The notes under the pieces are model-generated. The model was not told the DNA's origin. It saw nothing but the letters and a program-made list of their open reading frames with translations, and searched no databases. DNA of 64,000 bases from Candidatus Eremiobacteria bacterium (lineage in GTDB: Bacteria > Vulcanimicrobiota > Vulcanimicrobiia > Vulcanimicrobiales > Vulcanimicrobiaceae): NCBI GenBank assembly GCA_963737065.1, contig CAVTRC010000002.1:1-64000 (forward strand), in the 5' to 3' direction. The position numbers and the translations under genes were made by a program. Position 1 is the stretch's first letter. Every line of letters starts with the position of its first letter. Positions 52,092 through 61,942 of this stretch are shown here, one piece after another.

Positions 52092-52186
52092 GACGTTCGT
52101 GCGTTCGCACACACCGTATCCACAAGAAACTGGTTGTTATTCACGTTTCGCGCGGCGTTATGCACAACGCGGCGTGACGCACCGGT

Positions 52187-54046
52187 TCAACCTCCGCTCA
52201 GATCGACGATCATTTCCGTCGCGAGCGCGACGAAGAATCCGCACGCGAGCGCTGTCGTTACGGTGCTCGTGAGGCCGATGCGTTTGAGCACGCTCCACAT
52301 TTCGCCGATGACGAACACGAGCGCGCCGGCCGCGATCGTCAAGAAGAAAACGGAAAGCAACGGTGAGCTGAAAAAGTAACCGACGACGGTTCCAAGGAAC
52401 GTCGGGCCGCCGGCAACCAACCCCGCGAGTGCGATCTGTCCCCACGTCGGGACCATCCGTCCGGCCATTGGTGCGGCGATGCCGAAACCTTCGGTCGTAT
52501 TGTGCAATGCGAATCCGATGATTAGTCCGATTGCCAGTGCCGTAGCACCCGTCGCGGCCGATGCGCCGATTGCGAGCCCTTCGCCGAAATTGTGCGCGCC
52601 GATACCGAGCGCGATAACGGCCGAGAGCGCGTAGGGATGTTCGCCGGCTTCGTGCACGTGATGCTTCATGAACTGCATCGACGCACTGCCCAGACCAACG
52701 AGCCCGAGTAGAAACCCGCCGATGTACGCAACCACGAGCCACGCCGGAAACGCTCCTTGCCCCGCGTGCCAGATCGACATCGCTTGCGTTAACGGGATGG
52801 TTGCGTTCTGAGCGATTTCAACGACGAGAAAGACCAGAATTCCGATTGCGAGCGCGTTGAGGATCGCGATGACGTTCGGCGAAAGCCGGCGCGCGCGCGC
52901 GATGGGCAATCCAAGGAAGATTGTGAGTCCCGCGATTGCGCCGAGCAGCAGCGTCTTTTGCATCGAAAGCGGCGCGGGAGCGCTCGACGTCTTCATCGGC
53001 ATCATCGGCGCGCTCATCGAGGCGAACGTGTCCGGTGTTCCATGGTAGTGAAGCGCCGTGATCAGTCCCGCAGGCAACGAATCCGCGCCCTCTACGTGAT
53101 CCGCGACGTGGCAATGAACGAGCCAGGTGCCCGGTTTTGCATTTGCGGTCACGATCACGTCGACGCGTTGACCCGGCCCTACTTCGACCGTGTCTTCTTC
53201 GTCATCGCCGGAAACGGGACGGGCGTCGCGCTCGATGACATGCTGGTAGTGGCCGTGCGTGTGCATCGTGTGAAACTCTTCACCCGACATGCTGATCCAC
53301 CGTATGCGGATCCGTTGCCCTTTCCGAACGTCCAGTTGTTTCGTGTCCGGATACTCTTTGCCGTTGAGCGTCCAATGATTCTCGATGCCGCTCTGAATCA
53401 TCCACGAGGAAATCATCTCGACGTAGTCGTGCGCGACGTTTCGCTCCACTGGAAGCGGATGGCTCGGCACTACAACGATCGCGCCGTACAAACCCGACTC
53501 GAGCATCGCTTCCGTGCTGTGCGTGTGATAGATGAACGTGCCGGGTTGATTCGCAACGAACTCGTACCGAAACGTGCCGCCCGGCTGAACCATTGGTTGT
53601 GAGATTCCGGGAACGCCGTCCATGTCGACGCCGGTCCCGTGAATGCCATGCAAGTGAATCGTGTCGGGCATGTCACCGTCGTTCTGATAGTCGATAACGA
53701 CGGTGTCGCCTTGGTGCACTTGCAGAACCGGGCCGGGCACGACGCCGTTGTACGTCCGCGCCATCACGACCAGTCCGCTGCGAAGCGTCCACGGCGCTTG
53801 CCGTTCGACGATGTGGAAAACCTTCGTTCGGCCATGAACCTCGGGGACCGCCTGATAGCTGCCGTCATCGCGCGGGACGCTTCGAGATTCGCCCGGTGCG
53901 GGGGTGGCGACGGGGATCGCGCCCCGCAGCGGCTGTAAGCCTTGCGCCAGGCTCTGCGGTGTGCTGATGTGTTCGTCGGCGTCCGCGCGCGCGGCAATGG
54001 GAGAAAGGAAAAGCGCCAGAACCAGCGCGGACAAGAGCAGTCGCAT
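52187..54046 (-). CDS. Two-domain multicopper oxidase fused to a ZIP-family metal transporter
   Basis: Signal peptide; Cu motifs IHLHG, YHTH, HTMHTHGH, HCHVADH; C-terminal ZIP motifs HNFGEGLAIG and LHNTTEG. Confidence 0.88.
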   Translation of the reverse strand: MRLLLSALVLALFLSPIAARADADEHISTPQSLAQGLQPLRGAIPVATPAPGESRSVPRDDGSYQAVPEVHGRTKVFHIVERQAPWTLRSGLVVMARTYNGVVPGPVLQVHQGDTVVIDYQNDGDMPDTIHLHGIHGTGVDMDGVPGISQPMVQPGGTFRYEFVANQPGTFIYHTHSTEAMLESGLYGAIVVVPSHPLPVERNVAHDYVEMISSWMIQSGIENHWTLNGKEYPDTKQLDVRKGQRIRIRWISMSGEEFHTMHTHGHYQHVIERDARPVSGDDEEDTVEVGPGQRVDVIVTANAKPGTWLVHCHVADHVEGADSLPAGLITALHYHGTPDTFASMSAPMMPMKTSSAPAPLSMQKTLLLGAIAGLTIFLGLPIARARRLSPNVIAILNALAIGILVFLVVEIAQNATIPLTQAMSIWHAGQGAFPAWLVVAYIGGFLLGLVGLGSASMQFMKHHVHEAGEHPYALSAVIALGIGAHNFGEGLAIGASAATGATALAIGLIIGFALHNTTEGFGIAAPMAGRMVPTWGQIALAGLVAGGPTFLGTVVGYFFSSPLLSVFFLTIAAGALVFVIGEMWSVLKRIGLTSTVTTALACGFFVALATEMIVDLSGG

Positions 54047-54139
54047 TGCGTAATTTAGTTTTGCCTAAATTGCCTTGTAGTCCCGCCAACTCCGCATATC
54101 GAGGGCAGGCGCGCCCGTGATCGGCCGGAAGTTTACCGC

Positions 54140-55693
54140 ATGACGTCCACGCTCAGGCTGCCCGGCACGGTCGAACTCGACGGGCGCCATCTCACGCTCG
54201 AAGCGATTGAAGCGGTTGCAAACGGCGCTCCCGTTACGATTTCTCAGGAAGCGCGCGAACGCGTCGTTCGCGCGCGCGCCTTCGTCGAGGAGCGGTTTGC
54301 GGAGGGTGAAGCAATCTACGGGGTAACCACCGGCTTCGGACGCCTCGCGAACGTGCCGGTCGACCCGAAAGACGCCGCGCAGTTGCAACTGAACCTCGTG
54401 CGCAGTCACGCCTCCGGCACGGGACCGCCGCTCGACAAGCGTCTCGTCCGCGCAGCAGGTGTCTTGCGCGTCAATTCACTCGCTGCCGGCCACTCGGGCG
54501 TCAAGCTCGAAACACTCGAATTGCTGGCGGGACTTCTCAATCGAGCCGTCACGCCCGTCGTTCCGTGCCAAGGGTCCGTTGGTGCAAGCGGCGATCTTGC
54601 GCCGCTCGCGCACATGTCGCTCACGCTGATCGGTGAGGGCGAAGCGTTCTATCAAAACGAACGTTTGCCGAGCGACGTCGCGCTCGCACGCGCTGGATTG
54701 GAACCGGTGACGCTCGGACCGAAAGAGGGGCTCGCGCTCATCAACGGCACGCAAATGATGACCGGCATCGCGGCGCTCGGGATTCTACGTGCGGAGCGCC
54801 TTGCCGCCGCGGCGGACGTGATCGGAGCGATGTCGCTCGAAGCGTTTCTCGGAACCGATCGCGTCTTCGACCGTCGCATCAACGACCTTCGCCCGCATCC
54901 CGGTCAGACGCGCGTGGCGGCGAACCTGCGCGCGCTGCTCGAGCGTTCGGAAATCATGCTCTCGCATCGCGAGTGCGGACGCGTGCAAGACCCGTACTCT
55001 TTCCGCTGCATTCCCGTCGTGCATGGAGCGGTGCGCGATTCGATCGCACATGTACGCAGCGTTGCGGAGATCGAAGCAAATTCCGTGACCGATAATCCGC
55101 TCGTCTTTCCTGACGACGGCGAGTTCCTCTCCGGCGGGAATTTCCACGGAGAACCGATCGCGCTCGCGATCGATTTCCTGAAATTTTCGATCAGCGAACT
55201 CGCATCCATTGCGGAGCGTCGTTTGTATTTGCTGCTCAATGCCGAGGACCGGGGCTTGCCGCTATTCTTGACCGGCCGTTCGGGATTGCAATCGGGATTG
55301 ATGATCGTCCAGTACGCCGCCGCAGCGGTGGTGAACGACAACAAAGGCTTGGCGTGGCCTTCGAGCGTCGATTCGATCCCGACCTCCGCCGGTCAAGAGG
55401 ACCACGTCAGCATGGGCATGACGTCGGCGAACAATCTTATGCGCGTGCTCGACAATGTCGAAGGCGCGCTCGCATGCGAACTTCTCGGTGCGCTGACCGC
55501 GACCGATTTCCGCCGCCCATTGAAATCCGGCGCCGGCACGCAAGCCGCGTATGACGTGGCCCGGACTTCCATTGCGCCGTGGACGGAAGACCGCGCCCCG
55601 GCGCCCGATATCGAAGCGGCACGCGAACTCATTCGCACGGGCGCACTAACGCAAGCAGCGACGCGCGCGACAGGTGCAAGGCTCGATCGGTAA
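54140..55693 (+). CDS. hutH: Histidine ammonia-lyase
   Basis: YGVTTGFG, GSVGASGDLAPL (MIO), QDPYSFRC, GGNFHG, QEDHVSMG. Confidence 0.96.
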   Translation: MTSTLRLPGTVELDGRHLTLEAIEAVANGAPVTISQEARERVVRARAFVEERFAEGEAIYGVTTGFGRLANVPVDPKDAAQLQLNLVRSHASGTGPPLDKRLVRAAGVLRVNSLAAGHSGVKLETLELLAGLLNRAVTPVVPCQGSVGASGDLAPLAHMSLTLIGEGEAFYQNERLPSDVALARAGLEPVTLGPKEGLALINGTQMMTGIAALGILRAERLAAAADVIGAMSLEAFLGTDRVFDRRINDLRPHPGQTRVAANLRALLERSEIMLSHRECGRVQDPYSFRCIPVVHGAVRDSIAHVRSVAEIEANSVTDNPLVFPDDGEFLSGGNFHGEPIALAIDFLKFSISELASIAERRLYLLLNAEDRGLPLFLTGRSGLQSGLMIVQYAAAAVVNDNKGLAWPSSVDSIPTSAGQEDHVSMGMTSANNLMRVLDNVEGALACELLGALTATDFRRPLKSGAGTQAAYDVARTSIAPWTEDRAPAPDIEAARELIRTGALTQAATRATGARLDR

Positions 55694-55749
55694 CGCGTTG
55701 TTGTGAAACCCCCGAACTAACGATCGCCGAACGTGCGGCGCAACATCGA

Positions 55750-57129
55750 ATGGCCGCGCTTGTGAAGCGCCGTTCGTTCTTGCAGGCAACGGCGAGCGCA
55801 GCCGTCGTGCCGCTGATCGCAGCGGCGCCGAACGCGCAAACCATCGCGCGGCAAGTACGCGATGAGTTTCTGCACGCGTGGCAAGGCTATAAACGCTTTG
55901 CGTGGGGTTACGATGAAGTAAAACCGGCCAGCGGAGTGCCGTCGAATTTCTTTATTCCAACGCATTCCTTCGGTTTGTCGATTATCGAGGCGCTCGACAC
56001 ACTCTACGTGATGGAACTCGACGAAGAGCTCGCCGCATGCGTCGAATGGCTGCGAGCGCACGTCGATTTCGATGTTGACGGCAGCGTGCAGATGTTCGAA
56101 GCCGTAATCCGGATGGTCGCGGGATTCCTCTCGGGCTATTATGCGACCGGTGAACGGTTCATGCTCGACGCGTCGCGCGAGTTGGCGGACCGGCTCTTGC
56201 CGTGCTTCACGAAATCACCGACCGGCGCACCGTATCGATACGCGAATCTGAAGACCGGTGCCGTTTCGGATCCGAAGTCGAATCTCGCCGAAATCGGTAC
56301 CAATATTCTGGAATTCGGTGATCTCTCTCGATTGACCGGCGATCCGAAATATCTTAACGTGTCGATGCGCGCGTTTCAGACGGTCATCGCGAAACGCTCG
56401 CAGCTGAATTTACTTGGGACGAATTTCGATGTTGAGACGGGGCAATTCATTGGTGAAGACGACGTCGCGCCTGATGAGCCCGTGGATTCGTTCTACGAGT
56501 ACCTGTGGGGCGGCTGGCAGATGCTCGGCATCGCCCGGTGCCGCGACTGGTACCGCACGTTCACCGATGCGATCTTGAAGTACAAAATCGTTCGCGTTGA
56601 CGGACGGCTATGGTTTCAACCGGTGAACTATCGCAACGGGTCTCCAATCGGGCCTACACAACTTACCGAGCTGTCGTCATTCTACGCGGAGCTGGTCGCG
56701 AAAGGCGGCAATCGAGATATCGGGTCGGCATTCTACGACTCATGGACCGACGTACTCGACCGCTACACGCTAATCCCGGAAGCGATCGATTACACGACGC
56801 TCGCGATCGTCGATCCCGCATACGGCCTGCGACCCGAGTATCCGAACTCGGCGTTCGACCTCTGGTTCCTCACCGGTGACGAAAAGTACCGCCGAACCGC
56901 GTATCAATACTTCCAGGCCTTGCGAGCAAATTGTCGCGTCGCGAACGGCTACACGGTGCTCGAAGATGTACGAACGCGGCCAATGACACGTGGCGATCAC
57001 TTCCCTGCGTATTCGTTCAGCGAAAATTTCAAGTATTTGTATTTGATGTTTGCGGACTCGAAACGCTTCGACCCGTCATCATACTATCTAAATACCGAGG
57101 GAAAAGTGTTGCGGGGACTGGTCCGTTGA
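55750..57129 (+). CDS. Tat-exported GH47 alpha-1,2-mannosidase-like protein
   Basis: KRRSFLQ Tat motif; HAWQGYKRFAWGYDE, LDTL, FEAVIR, DSFYEYL, LRPE, ENFKYLYLMF, NTEG. Confidence 0.88.
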   Translation: MAALVKRRSFLQATASAAVVPLIAAAPNAQTIARQVRDEFLHAWQGYKRFAWGYDEVKPASGVPSNFFIPTHSFGLSIIEALDTLYVMELDEELAACVEWLRAHVDFDVDGSVQMFEAVIRMVAGFLSGYYATGERFMLDASRELADRLLPCFTKSPTGAPYRYANLKTGAVSDPKSNLAEIGTNILEFGDLSRLTGDPKYLNVSMRAFQTVIAKRSQLNLLGTNFDVETGQFIGEDDVAPDEPVDSFYEYLWGGWQMLGIARCRDWYRTFTDAILKYKIVRVDGRLWFQPVNYRNGSPIGPTQLTELSSFYAELVAKGGNRDIGSAFYDSWTDVLDRYTLIPEAIDYTTLAIVDPAYGLRPEYPNSAFDLWFLTGDEKYRRTAYQYFQALRANCRVANGYTVLEDVRTRPMTRGDHFPAYSFSENFKYLYLMFADSKRFDPSSYYLNTEGKVLRGLVR

Positions 57130-57329
57130 TGCGCCGCACCGTGTTAATGCTCGCGCTGCTGCTCATTGCGGCGGTCGAGATTCCGCAGTCCGAAATTGAC
57201 GCCGACAATGCGCGATGGAAAGCTTTCGGCGTGAATGCCGCCAGCGGCGGCAATCGTAAGCGCCGCCCGAAATTCTGCGTCAATGGATCAGCGCGCAGCG
57301 GCTCCGCGACGCATCCGGTCCGCACGTAG
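57129..57329 (+). CDS. Short secreted ORF, possibly truncated
   Basis: TGATG overlap with the GH47 gene; signal-peptide-like N-terminus MRRTVLMLALLLIAA. Confidence 0.35.
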   Translation: MRRTVLMLALLLIAAVEIPQSEIDADNARWKAFGVNAASGGNRKRRPKFCVNGSARSGSATHPVRT

Positions 57330-57856
57330 AGTACGCGACGGATTCGTGCTTTGCGAACGCGTTGCACTTCAATTTAGAAGAGTAGCTTTGTGCAAACCTT
57401 GCGCAACCGTGATGGAGCTCGAACCTGCCGCCGCGCTCGCGCGCTAGCACCGCACGTCGCGCAAGACGGACCACTCTCACAGGCGTGTGCCGCTACTGCG
57501 GTGCGCGCCGATGGCGGCCGCGGCTGCGCTTCACCTCGTTCTCTCGGCGCAGGCTCACGTTCGGTGACTGCTGAGGAGCTGCGCCAGCGCGCCCTCGGCT
57601 TCGCTCGAGGCCAAATTCGACGATTCGGCCGCCGGAGAAATATCGAACGCGGCCTCATCGCGTATCTTAGCGCCGCAAACGTGGCGGCCGTCGCACGTAC
57701 GTCGCGCTGCCGGAAGAGCCGATTTTTCATTCCAAGCGATGCCACACCGATGGCACGGCGGTTTAGCAGAATTACAAGGCGCGACTGTCGGTGATGCACC
57801 GACTTCGGCGGACGTTTGAGAACGCTCGCACGAGCGCATGCATCACGGCCTTCGAA

Positions 57857-58429
57857 ATGGAGTATCCGATGTTCGATCTGCCGGCGTGGCTGCAAGTCGT
57901 CGTTGTTGGGCTCGTGCTTTTCGGCGCGGTTGTGCGACCGCGCGGAGTCGCAGTGTCGCTGCCGGCGATTGAGCGCCCGAGCGACGATCCGCTGTGGCAA
58001 CGCTTCAACGCAATCCGCAGCATCCTCGGCAATCAGAGCCGCCGGTTTGCCGACGTCGACGCCACGCTCGGCGTCATGGTGATTTTTGAAGTCACCGTAG
58101 CGTTCTGGGTTCTCGATAAGGCGCTGAACGCCACGCCGCCGCGAACCGCTTCAATCATCGTCGCGGCGTTAATGGCGATTCCAATTTTCGTTGCGATCGC
58201 GTCGATGCGATGCTTAGGCGGGAAAGAAAGCCCGAAGGCCACCGAGTTTCTCGTGGCGCTGGAGCAAGATGAAGGACGCGCTGTCGACGAAGCCATTCGA
58301 GAGACGACCGCGGACTTCGCGAAGAACGGCGAGAACCTGAAGGGTAAGGAAATCGGCGTTAACGTGTCCCTGGTGCTCTTCGCCGTGCTAGCCGTGGTTG
58401 AGCTCACCTGGACAAGGATGATACGATGA
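57857..58429 (+). CDS. Hypothetical membrane protein (about 4 TM)
   Basis: Hydrophobic segments; start uncertain (57791-57869). Confidence 0.65.
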   Translation: MEYPMFDLPAWLQVVVVGLVLFGAVVRPRGVAVSLPAIERPSDDPLWQRFNAIRSILGNQSRRFADVDATLGVMVIFEVTVAFWVLDKALNATPPRTASIIVAALMAIPIFVAIASMRCLGGKESPKATEFLVALEQDEGRAVDEAIRETTADFAKNGENLKGKEIGVNVSLVLFAVLAVVELTWTRMIR

Positions 58430-58572
58430 TTGTGACCATGTTGAAGAATCTTCTGAGCGACTTGCGGGACTTCGTCCAGATGTTTTTCGATCCGGAAGCA
58501 GTCTACGCACGCAATATCAAACCGGCACGCGGGCTCGATGCTCCGCGCGAGGACTGGAGCTACCCTCGATAG
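58426..58572 (+). CDS. Small hypothetical protein (48 aa)
   Basis: ATGA overlap with the upstream gene; followed by a terminator; not in the ORF track. Confidence 0.45.
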   Translation: MIVTMLKNLLSDLRDFVQMFFDPEAVYARNIKPARGLDAPREDWSYPR

Positions 58573-58589
58573 GGCAAGCGCATTTTTGC

Positions 58590-58625
58590 GAAGGGCGTCG
58601 GGAAACCGGCGCCCTTCTGCTTTCT
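58590..58625 (+). terminator. Probable terminator
   Basis: GAAGGGCGTCGG-gaaa-CCGGCGCCCTTC hairpin with T-rich tail. Confidence 0.6.
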
Positions 58626-59088
58626 ACGCAAGAGAAGCATTCGAATCGCGCTAGGCGCGCGCTCCACGAGCGACGGCAACCACGTCTCCACGAGGCGACG
58701 CTTCTTCTGTTGCTTCGACTTCGCTTTCGATTTCTGTTGAGCCGCGATAACGTTCATTGTAGCACGACGGTACTTCGGCGGCGTTTCGTGGAACGCGCGG
58801 CATTTTGTCATCCGCGACTCAATCATCGCGTGTGAAACGTGCGGGCGCGTCAGGCGGAGGTGTTTGACTGGCTCTTCGAGTCGGGATTCGGGCTCAATTC
58901 GGAACGAGAAGCAGCATAACCACATGAGGCATCGGGCAACCGACGATTACGGCGACGGCCGCTCCGTGGATGGGTATGGAATCACCGTCGATGTTTTGTT
59001 ACGCAACGGGCAGTCGCAAACCAGTGAATCGTTGTATCGCCTCGCAACGGCGCTCCAATCTCAGCGCCAAGGCGGGTACAATGGCGAC

Positions 59089-59440
59089 ATGCCGACGCTC
59101 GGCAAGACTCTGCTTTCGTTCGCATTCGCTACGTCGATCGCGGCTTGTACCGCGCAACAACAACAACAGACGAAAAGCGAGGTCAATCAGGCGGTGCGTA
59201 GCATCCCGACGCCCGTGAAAGTGGGTGCGCAAGACGCAGCGCTTACCGCCGAAGTCGCCGGCGTCATGGCTGCGCAGACCGGCGTTAATGCATTCAATGT
59301 CAAGCCGAGCGCGCATCGTCGGCGTCGTCACGTTAACGGGTAAGGTTCCGACGCGCGAAATAAAGTCGACGCTCATTGCCGCCGTTCGGCGCGTTCACGG
59401 GGTGACACGAATCGTCGATCGCATTACGATCCGCCGCTAG
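59089..59440 (+). CDS. BON-domain lipoprotein (+1 frameshift near 59318)
   Basis: Lipobox IAAC; DAALTAEV; GVVTLTGKV..GVTRIVDRITI lies in the next frame. Confidence 0.82.
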
Positions 59441-59450
59441 GGAACGTCCG

Positions 59451-59972
59451 CTAGATATGATCTGCGAGGATCGCGAAGAGTTCGCGGCGTGCTTTGTCGA
59501 GCGCTGCTACCGCTTTGCGATACGATTCCATGTTGCCGGTGCGCGCGATTTGCTTTACCGCATCTCTGATTCCGTGCACTTGGCGCATCGCTTCGGCGAT
59601 GATGCCGTAGATGTTTTCGCCGTCGTACTCTTCGCCGTCGTTTTCGCGTTCGCGCTGCGAGAGCAACTCGCGCCCTTTGTCGGTGATTTCGTACGTGCGT
59701 TTTCCGTCGCGCTCTTGACCGCGGATGTAATCGCCGTCTTCAAGCATCTGCAACGCGGGATAGATCGATCCCGGGCTCGGGCGCATGCCGGTTTTTGATT
59801 CGATCTCGAGCATGATGTCGTAGCCGTGACGCGGCCCTTGCAACAAGCACTCGAGGATCTCGTACTTCATTTCGCCGCGCGCGCGTCCGCCGCGCATGCC
59901 GCGTCCGTGACGGAATCCGCCCGGGCCCCACGGGCCGCCGTAACCGTGCCGTCCGTGTTTAAAGTGGAACAT
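59451..59972 (-). CDS. PadR-family transcriptional regulator
   Basis: RGEMKYEIL, PRHGYDIM, PSPGSIYPALQMLED, YEITDKG. Confidence 0.93.
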   Translation of the reverse strand: MFHFKHGRHGYGGPWGPGGFRHGRGMRGGRARGEMKYEILECLLQGPRHGYDIMLEIESKTGMRPSPGSIYPALQMLEDGDYIRGQERDGKRTYEITDKGRELLSQRERENDGEEYDGENIYGIIAEAMRQVHGIRDAVKQIARTGNMESYRKAVAALDKARRELFAILADHI

Positions 59973-60198
59973 TGAGGTGTTTCTCCGTGGGCTTGATGTG
60001 GGTTTGCGCGGGGCGCGAAGCCTGCACGCCTGCGTCGCCGCGCGCGATATCTTCGAGATCGCGGCGCGCGTTCGCGAGCACGACGAGCGCTTTGCGAATC
60101 ATCGCAACAACGACGACGAAAAATGTTTCTGCCTCACGCGTTCCGTGGCGATGGCGCCTAAAGCTGTGTTTGCACATTCTCAAGCATGCCTCCGTCAT
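59959..60198 (-). CDS. Hypothetical protein upstream of padR
   Basis: ATG 6 nt after the -10 box; overlaps the padR start. Confidence 0.45.
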   Translation of the reverse strand: MTEACLRMCKHSFRRHRHGTREAETFFVVVVAMIRKALVVLANARRDLEDIARGDAGVQASRPAQTHIKPTEKHLNVPL

Positions 60199-60199
60199 G

Positions 60200-60233
60200 A
60201 CGCGATACTATTCGATATATCGCGTAATGTCAA
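60200..60233 (-). promoter_or_regulatory. Sigma70 promoter TTGACA-N17-TAGTAT overlapped by palindromes; candidate PadR operator
   Basis: Consensus -35 and 17-bp spacer; ACGCGATA-N10-TATCGCGT and CGATATATCG palindromes. Confidence 0.7.
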
Positions 60234-60271
60234 GCGGGCTTGTGCGCCGGCTCGCCTAAGACCCCTCCGCT

Positions 60272-61933
60272 ATGACGAGTACGATTTCCGCTGCGCGCAC
60301 CGTTCGCGCACCTCGCGGCAGCGAGCGTTCGTGCCAAGGTTGGCCGCAAGAAGCGGCGCTGCGGATGTTGATGAACAATCTCGATCCCGACGTCGCGGAG
60401 CGTCCGGACGATTTGGTCGTCTACGGCGGAAACGGTCGCGCTGCGCGCTCGTGGGAAGCATTCGATGCGCTCGTGCGGACGCTGCGCCGGCTGAAGAATG
60501 ACGAGACGATGATCGTGCAGAGCGGCAAACCGGTCGCCGTTTGGAAGACGCACGAACGCGCGCCGCGCGTGTTCATCGCGAATTCGAATCTCGTGCCGAA
60601 ATGGGCGGATTGGAAGATCTTCCGCGAGCTGGAAGCGCAAGGACTCACGATGTACGGCCAGATGACGGCCGGATCGTGGATTTACATCGGCACGCAAGGC
60701 ATCGTGCAGGGGACGTACGAGACGTTTGCGGAGCTATCGCGACAGCACTTCGGTGGAACGTTGAAGGGACGGATCTGCCTGACCGCCGGCGTCGGCGGTA
60801 TGGGCGGCGCGCAACCGCTTGCGGTTACGATGAACGACGGGATTGCGCTCGTCATCGACGTCGATCGCTCGCGTTTGGATCGCCGTCGCGATCTGCGATA
60901 CCTCGACAAAGTCGTCGATTCACGCGAAGAGGCGTTGCACGAAGTCGAACGCGCGCGCAAAGCCGGTGAAGCGGTTTCGGTCGGCTACGAAGGCAACGCT
61001 GCGACGGAGTTCTGGGACCTCTACGATCTCGGATTCCGCCCGGATGCCGTGACCGATCAAACGTCCGCGCACGATGTAATCAACGGGTACGTTCCCGAAG
61101 GGCTGACGTTGGAAGAAGCGGCCGAACTGCGGCGCAACTCGCCGGAAGAGTACGAACGCCGCGCGCTCGAGAGCTGCGGCAAGCACGTCGAGGCGATGGT
61201 ACGTTTCCAAGATGCCGGCGCGATCGTGTTCGACTACGGAAATAACATTCGCGCGCAGGCGCAGCGCGCCGGATACGGGCGGGCATTCGCATTTCCGGGA
61301 TTCGTTCCGGCGTTCGTGCGCCCGCTGTTCTGCAAGGGTTCCGGTCCGTTCCGTTTCGCGGCGCTCTCCGGCGATCCGAAAGACATTCATCGTCTCGATC
61401 AAGAGTTGCTTGCGCTCTTCCCGGACGATGCGGGATTGCAGCGTTGGATCAGACTCGCGCAGGAACGCGTATCGTTCCAAGGACTGCCTGCGCGTATTTG
61501 CTGGCTCGGCTATGGCGATCGCGCGAAAGCCGGATTGCGTTTCAACGAGCTCGTGCGCGGTGGTGAGATTTCCGCGCCCATCGTGATCGGGCGCGATCAT
61601 CTCGATACGGGAAGCGTCGCTTCGCCGTATCGTGAAACGGAATCGATGAAAGATGGATCCGATGCGATTGCCGACTGGCCGATTCTCAACGCATTGTTGA
61701 ACACTGCCGCAGGCGCGCATTGGGTAAGTTTCCATCACGGCGGCGGCGTTGGTATCGGTTACAGCTTGCACGCCGGCATGGTGGTGGTGGCCGACGGGTC
61801 GCAAGACGCGCAGGCGCGGCTCGCAGCGGTGCTGACGACCGATTGCGGCATGGGCGTCGTTCGGCACGCCGATGCCGGATACGAAATCGCAATGGAAACG
61901 GCGGATACCAAAGGCATCGACTGGCGCCTATAG
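60272..61933 (+). CDS. hutU: Urocanate hydratase
   Basis: [46 protein letters not shown]. Confidence 0.97.
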   Translation: MTSTISAARTVRAPRGSERSCQGWPQEAALRMLMNNLDPDVAERPDDLVVYGGNGRAARSWEAFDALVRTLRRLKNDETMIVQSGKPVAVWKTHERAPRVFIANSNLVPKWADWKIFRELEAQGLTMYGQMTAGSWIYIGTQGIVQGTYETFAELSRQHFGGTLKGRICLTAGVGGMGGAQPLAVTMNDGIALVIDVDRSRLDRRRDLRYLDKVVDSREEALHEVERARKAGEAVSVGYEGNAATEFWDLYDLGFRPDAVTDQTSAHDVINGYVPEGLTLEEAAELRRNSPEEYERRALESCGKHVEAMVRFQDAGAIVFDYGNNIRAQAQRAGYGRAFAFPGFVPAFVRPLFCKGSGPFRFAALSGDPKDIHRLDQELLALFPDDAGLQRWIRLAQERVSFQGLPARICWLGYGDRAKAGLRFNELVRGGEISAPIVIGRDHLDTGSVASPYRETESMKDGSDAIADWPILNALLNTAAGAHWVSFHHGGGVGIGYSLHAGMVVVADGSQDAQARLAAVLTTDCGMGVVRHADAGYEIAMETADTKGIDWRL

Positions 61934-61942
61934 CGACGCGGA

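Noticed and set aside
51796..52272. ORFs 51796-52125 (-) and 51844-52272 (+)
   Set aside because: No RBS or recognisable motifs; they cross terminator hairpins and overlap flanking genes. An ncRNA explains the region better.
57330..57790. Possible gene or mobile-element remnant
   Set aside because: No frame gives a recognisable protein and no terminal repeats were seen.
58560..58925. Basic minus-strand ORF
   Set aside because: It crosses a terminator hairpin and its internal ATG overlaps a -10-like TACAAT; not enough support.
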